In this document: one piece after another, positions 1 through 13,312 of the stretch | How positions within the stretch are numbered: position 1 is the stretch's first letter | Layout: each line of letters starts with the position of its first letter | Assembly (NCBI RefSeq): GCF_006345805.1 | Contig: NC_042998.1 | Location: forward strand, 139,500,001-139,564,000 | Source of the DNA: Octopus sinensis | Taxonomy: Eukaryota | Reading direction: 5' to 3' | Length of the DNA: 64,000 nt | Program-made: the position numbers and the translations under genes | The notes under the pieces: generated by a model | Seen by the model: only the letters and a program-made list of their open reading frames with translations | Told to the model about the DNA's origin: nothing | The model's database searches: none

Positions 1-815
1 TGTCAAAATAACCCGTGGTACCAGAACATCCAGACATTATTCGCATAGTACAGTGAGTCTTAGCTTGATTTTTTTGCAACCCTAAAGATTCCCCTTGTGC
101 ATTCACAGCAAACAAGGCACAGGGCCAAACTTTTAGTGTAGGTGTATTTTTACCCATTATGATGTTTACACATGGCCAGTTGTGTCGCTATGAGTAGAGC
201 AATGAACTCCAGTAATTTGAAAATTAGTGTCGACCAAACAGAAAATATCGTCTACAAAGAAGTTTTGTAATCATATTGATATTATTGAAATGATTCATAA
301 TTTAAATAAGGAAACTTGTGAACTTTAGATGTATAAGAGTATAAACAAGCATAAAAAGGTGTAAACAACTAAAATAAAAGTATTTCTAAATAACATTTTT
401 TTCTTAATACTTTTTATGTAGTGGTCGAAGGAAGCTCTGGCTTTCGTTAGGAGTGGTCCACATAACTATTCATGATACAGAGGCTGGGAGTCTATTTTTG
501 TTTGGAGGTGAATCATCATCACATGTCACTTAGTCACAAACACACGTCATATTGCTACAATAGAATGCTGTATCACCAACAATAATGTGATTTCTCTAAG
601 ACACCCAGTAATCTATCAAGTCCATTTATACATTTCTCAATACATACTGCTGTTATGACTTCCCTCCCTCATCTTATGCCTCCATTGTAGAAGAGTAGAT
701 TTTTTAGTCAATATAATAGCAATATAAGAGAGAAGCATTGTATTGTACATTTAACAGTAATTTTAAAGATAAGTATTATATTGTTTCCACCACTCACAGC
801 ATTGCTGTATTATAC

Positions 816-1323
816 ACTAGCAGTATCGCCCAGCGTTGCTCGGGTTTGTAAGGGAAATAACTATATAAGCATTTTTAGAGAGTTACTTCCCTTATAAATT
901 CGGGCTTTCTTAGCCATTTTTGTTTTGGTGTCTTCAAGCCATGAAGTCGTTATTCTAAAAGAACGCTGGTTTCCTTCACAACGCATTACGACGTTGATTT
1001 CTTTACACTCCCTTCCCCACAGCTTCACGAGGGAGGGAAGGGGAAGAAGCAAACAGGTGCAGCTGTGAGTGTGGACGCCAACTCCGCCGCCATCGACATA
1101 CGATGCATTTTATGCATTAAAATGGAATAAAAAATGATGTTAAATTATTTTTAAAATCGTAGACTCATCGTTGACGCGCGCTAATAGTCAGACGGGCTCG
1201 ATATGAATCACGACTATAAGATACCCGAATTTGGTTAAACTGCACCGCAAAATGTGGGAGGAGTTAGGAATCTAAATCGAAGGGGACAGACACTCACACA
1301 ACTAGAGTTTTATATATATAGAT
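816..1323 (+). mobile_element. Non-autonomous Helitron-like element (Lep1/DINE-1 style)
   Basis: Begins ACTAGCAGTATCGCCCAGCGTTGCTCGGG (subterminal hairpin) and ends ...GGAGGAGTTAGG...GACAGACACTCACAC...TTTATATATATAGAT. CpG-rich against an AT-rich background. Confidence 0.6.
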
Positions 1324-1412
1324 ATATTGTACAGAACTATATTACTATTAAGCAGTAAGACCAATTAAGAACAAAATTTATCATATTCAGTAAATTAAAT
1401 CCAAGGACTAAC

Positions 1413-1550
1413 CTGTACAAGATTAAAACCCGACATTAAATTCTTTATTTCTTTGATAACTGGTATCTTTTTAGCAGCATCAAATGATACTAATTTCACA
1501 GTGAAGATTGTTTGTTCTTGTTTTAAAGGAGCTTCTTCAGTATCCTCTGT
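1413..1550 (-). CDS. MRPL12: MRPL12 exon 4 (start of C-terminal domain)
   Basis: Acceptor cttttcag, [46 protein letters not shown], donor gttagt. Confidence 0.93.
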
Positions 1551-4500
1551 CTGAAAAGCCAAAAGTATAAAATAAATGTAAACTTTACTCAACAGAAAGT
1601 TCAATAAGTAGGATATACATGTATTTGAAAGTATAATTAATTCTATCTTAAATCTTTAACTTACAATATCTGTTGAAAATGATTGAAGATAACAACTCCA
1701 TTACAAAACAGAAAGGAATGATAGAGGGATTGATTACAGTTTTCCTTCCTTGCTCCCTTCAAAATGAATACAAACCAAGTTACACAGCCCTGCATGAGGA
1801 TGCATTGGTCAGGCAGTCCTGAAACATGATATGACACAGATTGTACTAACCTTGTCTACATTCATTTCAAGAGTGATATTGAGCATTTCAGGATTAGCTG
1901 AGCAATGCAGTCCCATATACTGCTGTGTCATACAGCACCTTACATGAAGAGTTAAATTTGTCAACATCATTATCACCACAATTATCAGCTTAATAATTTA
2001 AAACATCTGTAGCAATTAAAACTGTGGTGTGATATAGGGGAATTAATGGATAGCAATGAATAAAATTAGGAAACAATAATTTTGTTGGTTGGTAGTTAGT
2101 TAGTCAGACAACTACTAACTAAACACAAATTGAACTTACCGAAGATGGTGCAGCAGCAGCCATAGGCATTGCTGACATCATGGGAGTGTCTTTGATATTC
2201 AAAGTTTTCTGTAGACGAGAAGAAAGAAAAAGAAAATTAATCCTTTAGCAGTCAGATTACTCTTTCAAATGAAATGTGTATTTATCCACATTGTTTTGAG
2301 TTAATTGTGCATTATCTTGTAGCTTAAGGATTTCAATGTGGTTATTTATTTTGAGAATGACATTGTAGGGTAGGTGCAAGGGGCAGATCTGGTCCATTTG
2401 AACAAAAAACATGTAGGATATTTGGGCCAGATATGGCAGGTTTAAATGTTTCTCTGCTAACTTTTTACATTCCAGTGTGTATGTGTGTGTGAGTGTGTGT
2501 CACATAAAGCAGTGTGCATGGATAATTTTAAATGTGTATTAAAGTATGCAATGTGTTTTAGTTAATGTTGTAAGACTTTGGACAAATGTTTTTCTCTCTT
2601 CATTAGACAGAAGAGAGACTGAGCTGGCCTGGAATTAGCAGTTAGCAAAACATTATTTTGTGATGGATAGGCTTTCTGTTCAGTGGGGAAAGTGCTGCGG
2701 TCTCAGTCACTTACACACCATGGAAACTGAGAACAGTTTCAGCCTTATGAGACCTTGGGCTCATGAATCATCATCGTCATTTTCATTGTTATCAGCAGCA
2801 CCTTCATTATTCAATGTTTACTTTCCTCATTGGCACAGGTTGGGCTGTCTGAAAGGGAACCTATGTCAGTGTCCTTCTCACATATCATCTTTGGCATGGT
2901 TTCTACAGCTCTTCCTAACGCTAACCACTTTACAGAGTGTACTGGATACTTTTTTATGTGCCACAGGCACTAGTGAGGTGGTCATGAAACTAGCGAGGCA
3001 GAAAGAGAACAGAGGAAAAGTTCCCATGACTAAGAGGAAGTACTTGGGAAGGGGAAGGTGGGTGGTTTTATGCCAGGTGTTGAAAGGCTGACAGAGGAAC
3101 AAGCACAGGTATCTTGACTTAGAGGAGATAAGCAAACCAATCCAACAAAAATATACTCCATATCTCAGGAAAACACAACATAAAACATTATTATATATCA
3201 TTAAGAGTGGCAAGCTGGCAGAATCCTTAGTAAGTTGGGCAAAATCCTTAGCAGTATTTTGTCTGTCTTCATATTCTGAGTTCAAATTCCACTGAGATCA
3301 ACTTTGCCTTTTATCTTTTTGGGGTTGATAAAATAAGTACCAGTTGAACACTGAGGATTGATGTAATTGACTTACCCGCTGCCCCAAAATTGCTGGCCTT
3401 GTGCCAAGCTTTGAAATCATTATTATATATCATTAATTAATATTTTTCTTTTTCCTTCATACAGTTTAAATTCAATAAAACTGCCTTTGAAAGATTTGGT
3501 AGTTCTAAATCCACCACAAAATGGTTTAAGAAACTTCGAGGCCTTGTTTAAATTAAATTCCCCTATAATTCCCTAGTCAGAGTTCACTGTTTCATTAGAG
3601 TCTCCTTATTCTGTATAGTTGTCAATATCTCACTACTACTCTTGAGAAAGAATTATGTATACAACAAAGCTCTCACTTGATCTGGTAATTCTGTTTTAGA
3701 TGCCTCTGTAGTCACAAGCAAACATAGACATCTCAATTCCCAATTCTCTCATGACCCAGCAGAACAGTGAGGATAAGAGAGAGAAGCCTTAATCAGTAGT
3801 TGGCTGGTAGTCATTTTTCAGTGGAGAAGACTGGAACAAAGGGAAATAAAGAGTGTTGCTCAAGGACACAATGCACTACATGGTCCAGAAATTGAACCCA
3901 TCACTTTACAGTCATAAGCCTAACACTCTAACCACTAGACCATATGCTTACACAGTGATTTATAGAATTAAATGCAAAAATTACCCAACATTATAATTAG
4001 TCTGTTTATTAGTATTAGTAATCCTTAAGGACTTCCCATAGAATGCTATGGTCTTATGAACCCAGTTGGGAAATGCTGATGTCAATCAAAGATTTGTTGA
4101 AAGGTAACGAGATCATAATTTGTCATAGTATTTTTAGAAGAAACTTCACAGACATAATTGCAAAGATTAGAATACAGTAAAATGCATGGCTGCGTGGTGA
4201 GGAGGTTTGCTTTCCAACCATGTGGTTTTGAATTCAGTTCCACTGCATAACATCTTGGGCAACTGTCTTCTACTATAGCGCTCTCTTCACCAAAGCTTTG
4301 TGAATAGATTTAGCAGATGGAAAATGATAGAAGCTTGTCATATATGTATGTGTTCATGTGTGTTGATGTCTCCTTGCCTTGACATTGTGCTAGTAGAAAA
4401 GGAGCATCACCATCATGTAAGTGGTGTCTGTTTTCAATCTTCAGGGAAGCATGTCCAGCCATAGGGAAGCATTACTTTGCTTGGAAAAATGTAATTATTG

Positions 4501-7500
4501 GCAACAAGGTGGGCTCCAACTGTAGAAAATCTGCCTTGGAAAAGTAGATGTTGAAAAAACAATGATGATTCACTCTTTATTAATAAGACAAAAAGTTTGC
4601 ATCCATATAATTCTTTTTTGGCCACGACATGAACATGGTTAAAACAAAATTAACCCCTTTGATATCAACCAGCCTTAGATTGTATCTGGATCTGACATAC
4701 AAACTTACTGTTTTAAATTGATCATCATCATTGTTTAACATCCGCTTTCCATGCTAGCATGGGTTGGACGATTTGACTGAGGTCTGGTGAACTAGATGGC
4801 TGAACCAGACTCCAATGTGATCTGGCAGAGTTTCTACAGCTGGATGCTCTTCCTAACGCCAACCACTCAGAGTGTAGTGGGTGCTTTTACACGCCACCGG
4901 CACGAGGACCAGTCAGGTGATACTGGCAACGGTCACGCTCAAATGGTGCTTTTTATGTGCCACCTGCATAGGAGCCAGTCCAGTAGCACTGGCAACGACC
5001 TCACTCGAATGTTTTTTCATGTGCCACCAGCACAAGTGCCAGTAAGGCGACGCGGGTAATGATCACACTCGAATGGTATTTTTTATGTGCCATTGGCACG
5101 GAAGCCAGCCTGTATGGTACTATTACAAACCTTCATTGAAATTTCATACTAATTTATGTTCCAAAAACCAGTTTAATAATGTCAAAATTATTTTACTAAA
5201 TTGTTCATTATTTCATATTAACTGAAACAAGCAATATAATTCAACAGAAATTTGCTAATACCATCATAAACTTATGCAAATCAGTTCTCACAACTTCTTT
5301 TCTACTGGTCAGTAAAAATAGTATGTTTGCACAATATCCTATGAAATGTGGAGAATTCTGGAAAGTACTCCAGTATTAAAAACAAGTTAACTTAGCTTTT
5401 GTCATCAAGTGTATATGCACAGGACAGAGCAAACTTAGCTCCAGCACAATAAGGGTTAATGGTTCCACTCTCTTGCAATGAAAAATACAACTTTAGAATA
5501 TGGCAAGAAGAATCAGTAGAGAATGCAATATTTGGTTATGTTCCTTCAAGGTCCAGGTTCAAAACTCACTCTAGTTTACATTACCCTTCATATTTCTGAA
5601 GTCAATAATACATAAGTACTGGATTTGATATCATTGACTACAATACCTTTAAAGATGGATTCCCAATAGAGCTACAGTTCTGTTAACAGAAACACACAAC
5701 ACATGTCCTGGCAGGTGAATGATGAAAGAATGCATATGCATGTGTGTGTGTATGCGTGAATAAATGCGAGAAGAGACAAGGACAAAATAGGCAGCTCTCT
5801 ATTTAACAATATTTTATACAGATTTTTACATATAGCTACTACATGTTTGTTCACTTTTGTTTCTGCATCCATTTTACTAAATCATGGGTTAGACGAATAT
5901 AGTATTGAAACATTGTTTCACATCTGGATGTCCTAGTCACTAACCGTTCTTGTCTTTGTGTTTCAAGTATGGGATAACATGCCTTTGAGAACACAAAGAT
6001 AATAAAGATGCGGGCATGACTATGTGGTTAAGAAGCTCACTTTGCAATCGCATGGTTTCAGGTTCAATCCCATTGTGCAGCATCTTGGGGTAGTGTCTTC
6101 TAACTATAGTACTGGGCCACCCAATGCGTTGTGAATGAACTTGGTAGATGAAAACAGGATGAAAGCCTGTTATGCGTGTGTGTCTTTGTTCTCTCCACTA
6201 CTTGACAACTCATGTGGTTTCTTTACATTCCCATAACTTAGCATTTCAGCAAAAGAAACCAACAAAATAAGTACTGGACTTTATAAGAAACAAACAAAAA
6301 AATTGGAGTCAATGACTGAAATAAGTAAAAGATAAAACATTTACTGACACTTATATATAAAAATTGGCAAAAAAACCAATTAACAAACCTTTAATAATTC
6401 ATTCAAATCGGAAACTTCTAAAAGAGTCAAAGCTCCAATTTCATCGACTAATTTTTGAATTTTAGGAGAATATTCTTTAGTAGTATCTTCCACATGTGGT
6501 CCTACAGCAAGGGCTTCATTTTGACACGATGATGTAGTAGAGAAGAAAGATGTAGTGGTGATTTTATGGCAGTTAGTGGGATCATTCTGGTATCTATTGA
6601 CATGCCATCGCTGTATTACTGGGTGAACTCTGTCAGAGAAGAGATATAGATGGCAGTTAGCAAAAAGTTCTTAAAAAATTAAGGAATTGTAAAAAATTTA
6701 TAGCAGTATGAATGAGAAAAGCACAGTCAAGAAAGAACCAAGAGTTTATTTTTATATTATTTCTTTTTTTAACCCTTTAGCATGCAGGTTATTCTGTCGA
6801 ATGTAATATTTATTTATTGACATTGTTTTGTATCATTCATGCATTATCTTGTAGCTATGAGATTTCAATGACATGATTGTTTCTTTTTAGACTGACATTG
6901 TAGGGTAGGTGTAAGAGGCCAGATCCAACCAGTTTAAACATAAACCAGGTAGAATATTTGAGCCTGAAATGTCTAGTTTGAATGTTAAAGGGTTAAGGAT
7001 GAGAAGTTGATAGCTGTAAAATCACCATCATCATCATCATCATCATTTTAATGTCCACTTTTCTATGCTCACATAGGTTGGAAGGAATCTGCTGAGGCAG
7101 ACTGTCTATGCCTGGATACCTTACCTGACACCAAATCTCAACCTGTTTCCAAGCAAGGTAAAGATTTCCCCATGACCAGACATGTTTTCACTGAAGATTG
7201 GAAACAAAGGACATTGCTTGCATGACAGTGTCACTCATTTACAACTATCACACACACCAATGGGCTTCTTTTAGTTTCCATCTATAAAAACCATTCACAA
7301 GGCTTTGATCAGCCTGGGACTATAGATGGTGCCACATAGTTGGTACTGGGGATGCCAACTTACCACACAGCCATGCTCTAAAAATTATTATTTTGTTTCC
7401 ATAAGTTTTTCAAATTGCTGATTATTATCTGTCACACAACGTTACCATTTTTTTGATGAATGAGTAGGATTTAAATGCAGAATGTACAAAGCCAAAAGAG

Positions 7501-10500
7501 ATGCTGTAAGATATTCTGTTTGATGCTCTGAGAATTCCTCTAATCTAATATGACTCTGGACTGATATTTCCTTGCTGGCATGGGGTTGGATGGTTTGACA
7601 GGATCAGGCAAGCCACAGTGCTGTGTTGAGCTCCAGTGTTAGCTTTGGCATGGTTTTTATGGCTGGATGCCTTTCCTAATGCCCACCACTTTACAGTGTG
7701 TAGTGGGTGTTGTGTCTTTTTTTCTATTTTTGCACCAACAGACAGCAGTAAGGTATTAGAGGCATTTTTTTTTCATCAGTGCAAGGAAAAGACTGTATGA
7801 ATTGGTAGTAGAAGTAAAGGAAAATTTGAACTGTTGATGGCAACCAAATTATAGCTTGTTATAAAGAACTAAAGTTTTGTTTTCACCGATGAAATTACCT
7901 AGATTAGAGACTTGCAAGAAAAAAGTACTTTTAGCGCTGCTGAATTAAGTTGATTAACATAACCAATCTATCATCGTCATCATCATCATAAGGAACAACC
8001 TCTGGACATTACTGTCTGAGGACTCATAGGGCCAGTTACCCAGTTTCCATGGCACATAAATGTCAGATCACCAAGATCTGTTGCAGGGTTATTCATTTAC
8101 AGCTGAGTGGAATGGAGTAATGTGAAGTGAAATGTTTTGCTCAAGAATACAATGCATTACCTGGTCCAGGAATCAGAATCCCAACCATGCAGTCATGAGT
8201 GTAACACCCTAATCACAAAGCCATACAACTTTACCTAACCAATCTAAGCTAGCTTATAAAAGCTGAATTAGCAATGAAATTAAGTAATGCTTCATAACCC
8301 ATAGAGGGATTTTTTTTTTTGGCATCATGAAAATTTTTTCTTATTTTGATATGGTTTGTTACAAAGTCATAAACTCAATCCAACAGAACCCAGTTGTCTC
8401 CATGTATTTATTTAACACACAGTTCAGTGAAGTTTTTATTTTTAATAATTGCAGTGTGGAAGGTATTTTTAAATGGCTTATAAACACGTTTCACACTGCA
8501 ATTGTTTTTTGTTTCAGCACATGATCTCAGATCAGATCACTTGCTTTGCAAGTACATCTCCGTAATTATTTTTGAGTAAATTATTAAAAATAATTACGGA
8601 CTAATCTTTGAGGGGACTACAAACATTGACAGTGCCTCCCTCCTGAATTAGTGAGATTGATGCAATTAACCCTTAAACAGCAGACATCAATTAATGCTTC
8701 GTTAGAGAACAGTGGACATTATCAGTTGATGTACACCTGTACAATGCAGGAATCTCAAATGAATTTATGTTCATACTGGATGCAAAAGAAAGTGAATATT
8801 TTATGGTACTTTTCGATAATGAGATTGTAAATTGTTGTGCAAAAGTCTAACAATTATTACAGTTTTTATATTTAAGGTGAAAATAAGTATAAAAATGACT
8901 CTTAAGAAAAAGAGATATTTTTTATCTCCACTTAAAAGTGGATGATGTATTAAAACATGGAACCTCTTGTGAACTTGATGTGCATATAAGCAATCATATT
9001 TATATCACTAGCAGAAGATAATCAACCACTACTGTTGCTGGAACTGCCAGATCAGATGATCTTGGCCTCCCTTGGCCTTGTTAATGGCAGACCATGGCTA
9101 GACATAGCGACAATTCCCCTGTCAGCAATATACAAGAAATCTCAGGGTCTATTCTGGTACTGGTGTTGCAAATAGCCATTGGGCTTCATCATCATCATCA
9201 TCATTTAGCATCTGCTTTCCATGCTAGCATGGGTTGGACGGTTCAACTGGGGACTGTGAAGCCAGAAGGCTGCATCAGGCCCAGTCTGATCTGGCAGTGT
9301 TTCTACGGCTGGATGCCCTTCCTAATGCCAACCACTCCGTGAGTGTAGTGGGTGCTTTTTACATGCCACCCGCTTATTAATAAATAATTAAAAGTAACAG
9401 AAGCAGTATTAATATCAACAGGTAACATTTATTCCCACTTAAAAGTGGATGTTGCGTTAGAACACTGCCATAGTTACCATGAGGGAGCCTCTCATATGGA
9501 CTTGTGATGCATATAAGTACTCATGTTTATATCATGACATCTGGTGTACCACAGGGATCTATTCTAGGCCCCCTTTTATTTGTTGCATATGTTAATGACA
9601 TAGATGCCAATTTAAAGAATGCCACAGTGCTGAAATATGCAGATGACATCAAGCTGTACCTTGAAATAAAGAGGTCAGATCCTGTACACTATAGATCTCT
9701 ATTGCAATCAGACCTGGACACAATGCAGCAGTGGATCATGGACTGGCAACTCAAGCTGGCTGTGGACAAATGTACCACTATGCATTTTGGGAGGAAAAAC
9801 CCAGCGTCTACTTACTCCCCCCACAACACTAATCTCAAAAAGTCTTCTTGTGAACGTGACCTGGGCGTTATTGTTGACAGCGATTTGCGTTGGACAAAAC
9901 ACATCGCTAAAATTGCCAAGAAGCTGAGGGTGTCTTAGCATCACTCACCAAGTCCTTTGTGAACCGCTCTCTGGCTATCTATCTGCGGCTTTATATAGCT
10001 ATGGTATGACCTCACCAGGAATTTGCATCACCAGTCTGGAACCCTATCTTGCCCAGGATATTAATCGTCTGGAAGCCGTTCAGCGATGTGCAACCAAGAG
10101 AATACCCTCCATCAGGCATTTGCCATATTCTGAATGCCTTACTTTCCTGGGCATGGATACATTGAAACTCCGACATCTGGCTGCTGACTTGGCAGACACC
10201 CATAAAATTATTAACCATCTTACAAACAATAACTCTGAGCACCTTTTCAAACTCTACCTGTCTAACACCTGTGGACATGTTTACAAAGTCAGAAAACAGC
10301 ACAGCTCCCATGACTTTTGGAAACATTTTTTTATGCTAAGAGTTGCTGAAGCATGGAACAAACTGCCGGCATCAGTTGTCGGAGCACTACATCCTTCAAA
10401 ACTTCCATGCTTCCTGAGATTCGCCAACACTATACCTGATTTTCTCCCCTCCATACACACACAAGCATGTATCTAACTCATACACTGTTCACTTTCCAGA

Positions 10501-11614
10501 CATTTGTACGTTACTGCATATACTTTATACGCACTTTTGACAAGTTGTGGTGCACCTGAGCACTGTATAAAATAATTTCATTATTATCATAAGCAGGAGA
10601 TAATTGTTTGCCACTGGAACTGCATAATCACATAATTTCTGTCTTCCTTAGCCTTGTCGATGGTAGACGTCCATGGTTAGAGATAGCAATAATTTGTGAT
10701 CTGGCAGTTCTGGTGGTGGTAGGAGATGATTATTTACCACTAGTGATATAAACACGAGTGCTTATATGCACTACAAGTCCATATGAGAAGTTCTCTCATA
10801 GTAAATGCAGTACTCTGTATTCTAATACAACATCCACTTTAAGTTGCGATAAATATTACTTTGTCGTATTAATACGGCTTCTGTCGCTATAAGATATATT
10901 TTGCCCGTTTGGCATATATGTTCATGCAACCCTTTCCCACCATTTAAGGGTTAATACTCAGTTAGGGCGTAACAAATATCAGAAAATCAAAAAAAAAATG
11001 TGTGTAATAGGTGTAAAACAAACCGTTTAAACATGTCCCTTGAAGTTCTATACCCCATGAAGAAGGAAAAGGGTACTGAAGGAATGAGAGCAAAAAATTT
11101 TTAAATAGAAAAGAAATTTTTAAAAAATCAGAATCGTTATTGTTTTACATGAAAAAACATAGGAATACAATGAGGTATGGAACTTCGGGGGACACTTTTG
11201 AAAAACTCTGCCACCATGTGCAGGTAAAACGTAAGGAGAGGATTCCAGAGGGCAACAGTTCTGAGAATAAAATATTGAGATAAAAGTTCAAGAGCGAGAT
11301 CTACGAGATTAAGGGACAACCAAGCGATAATGAGTATAGATGGGATTAGAAACTGAAATTGGGTCGCTATTATGTGTTCGTAAATATTTAACATAGGTCA
11401 AAGTATGGATTTTCAGATATACAGCAGCATTTCTGTTAATATTTTGCCGCTAATGCTTTACCAATGAAAACTATGCATAAACTTATAATACTAGATATTC
11501 GATCTAACCTTGGTTAGATCGAATTTTAGACTTTTAATAATCGTATCAAACAAGCAAGGCATTAGTTAAAATTTTTAAATACGATGACTTTCGCAAATGT
11601 CCTAAGTGAATAGC

Positions 11615-11688
<74 letters not shown>

Positions 11689-12700
11689 GGTTTTAGATAT
11701 ATAGAAGATGAAGTTGACAGTCATCGGCCGTGAACCATAAAAGGCACATGTAAATACTATGACCTTCAGAACAAAAAGAAAAAGGCAACCCGCTTGGAAG
11801 TTGAAGAATGAAGGTGAGTGATCAAGTCCTAGACATTTCTCCCTACGCCAGAGAATGTTAAAGGCAGATTAATTACCATTCGGTTTTTCTTTTACACCAT
11901 ATCTTTATTTCTTTATAACTTTATGTAAGCATTTCGCCCGGCGTGCTAACGTTTTTTTTTACATCATACCAAACATCAATATATTTTAATCAGGGATCAC
12001 ACGTTAAGGAACAAAACTGGGGTTTGGAATTATTTATAACCATCATATATATATGTATATGTGTGTGTGTGCACAGCTTTAAAATAGCTCTAATCTAATA
12101 ATTTACCAAAAGATCATGGTAATATCTTAAGTTTAATGATTTTTGTGATATCTAGCATCAGACAATAACAAATAACATGCTATTTATAATAGCAGCAATT
12201 CATAATAATTTTATAATTTTTACAAGTTAGTGTTTCCCAATGATGGTAATCTGTGACACTACAACTTGATTTCCTTTTCAGAAAGATACTTATTTTAATT
12301 TTATCATAGTTCGAAGCACTTAGTCACGTAAATCCGAATATTTTGCGGTACCCTTAAGCTCTTTAAAAAAACTTCACAGCGAAAGAATGTATTACGTTAT
12401 ACTAAAGGTTGCTTCAGTTAAAGATAACATTAGTTATTTAATACATGTATACATAACCTGGACGAAGGTGTGAGATGCAAAAAATCGTAGACAGCTTTAA
12501 AGATACATATTTAAGAGCAAAAATCGTCTATGTATCTATGTGTGTTGACCTTATTAATTAGCATCGTGTCTTAGGCGAGTTCTAATTGCTACTTTAGAAA
12601 ATACAAAGGTAGTTACGAATAAGGCTTATAACAGAATATACCTTCTGCAATAATGGATAGTCCTTCCAGATAAATGTGATATGAAACGAGCTAAGGCCAT
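1413..12700 (-). CDS. MRPL12: Mitochondrial ribosomal protein L12 (bL12m), 3'-partial; join(12700..12642, 6629..6389, 2208..2140, 1550..1413)
   Basis: Four GT-AG exons join in phase. They give an Arg-rich presequence with no acidic residues ([20 protein letters not shown]), then [35 protein letters not shown] and [35 protein letters not shown], which are characteristic L7/L12 segments. The final exon was not found and presumably lies left of position 1. Confidence 0.93.
2140..2208 (-). CDS. MRPL12: MRPL12 exon 3 (hinge)
   Basis: Acceptor tctacag, [23 protein letters not shown], donor gtaagt. Confidence 0.9.
6389..6629 (-). CDS. MRPL12: MRPL12 exon 2
   Basis: Acceptor ctctgacag, 241 nt, ...[29 protein letters not shown], donor gtttgt. 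Confidence 0.93.
6769..6996. mobile_element. TTAA-flanked MITE (piggyBac-like ends); further partial copies at ~2237-2450 and ~19460-19620
   Basis: TTAA|CCCTTTAGCAT ... ATGTTAAAGGG|TTAA terminal inverted repeats. Confidence 0.75.
9395..10890. mobile_element. Long-TIR palindromic MITE (~440 bp net) interrupted by a CR1 LINE; related copies at ~8920-9120 and ~35535-35770
   Basis: The left arm (acagaagc..cacttaaaagtggatgttg..catatggacttgtgatgcatataagtactcatgtttatatca) is the reverse complement of 10743-10890. Confidence 0.75.
9536..10584 (+). mobile_element. 5'-truncated CR1-clade LINE (RT C-terminal part and 3' UTR), degraded
   Basis: [53 protein letters not shown]; stops and frameshifts; short (ATT) tail; flanked by tatcat repeats. 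Confidence 0.9.
12642..12700 (-). CDS. MRPL12: MRPL12 coding exon 1 (mitochondrial targeting peptide)
   Basis: ATG at 12700, [19 protein letters not shown]+AG, donor gtatat; its phase 2 end matches the next exon. Confidence 0.8.
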
Positions 12701-12894
12701 GATTAATTACAATTAGCCGGCCACAGGTATATGTGTCCTCTACCACTGCCAGGAGCACATGTGTAATGTCGACCGGAACTGTTGGCAGAAACGACGAACT
12801 CGTTCATTCATTGGTGGAAACTTATTATGATGTTTTCATACTTACAGACACACACACACCCATACATGCATGCATACGTACGTACATACATACA

Positions 12895-13312
12895 CGGGAT
12901 CTTTTCGGTTTGAACGGCAGTTTTTTGTAGCGGTGTCATATGAAATTGTTACCCATAATTATGAACCTAGTATCGATCTATTGCATTTCAATCTGTTTTA
13001 GGGTTAGGGGTAGGGGGAAGGGTATCTTTTTTTCTTCACAAATGTAAATAAACCCAATCTGTTTCTTAAACGAGGGACATATTCATACGGTACAGAATGG
13101 TTTTTTTTTACCTCAATAGACGTCATTGATTGGTTGAAATTGCAGAAATTGAAGAAAAAACAACAAATATCTTACAAACCATAAACTTTTCTCAATAAAG
13201 CCACGAGAAAAAGATGTTTTATAAACACATTCTACCAGTATACAAAGTTTAAAAGTGTTTAGTTACGTGGAAATTATTTTTAAAAACTGCCGTTCAAACC
13301 GAAAAGATCTCA
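12895..13312. mobile_element. MITE with ~30-bp TIRs and an internal TTAGGG doublet, in the MRPL12/CEP120 intergenic region
   Basis: GGGATCTTTTCGGTTTGAACGGCAGTTTTT ... AAAAACTGCCGTTCAAACCGAAAAGATCTC. Confidence 0.8.

Noticed and set aside
1-1400. Final MRPL12 exon
   Set aside because: No minus-strand segment resembling AKK.VE..P..IK..V.K.EAE was found, so it is presumed to lie outside the window.
2660-3285. Overlapping 143-aa and 135-aa ORFs
   Set aside because: They are composed of dispersed RTE-tail and SINE sequence seen many times in the window, and lie inside an MRPL12 intron.
12998-13009. TTAGGG repeats as an interstitial telomere (also near 44075)
   Set aside because: Only two units each, and the first is internal to a MITE.
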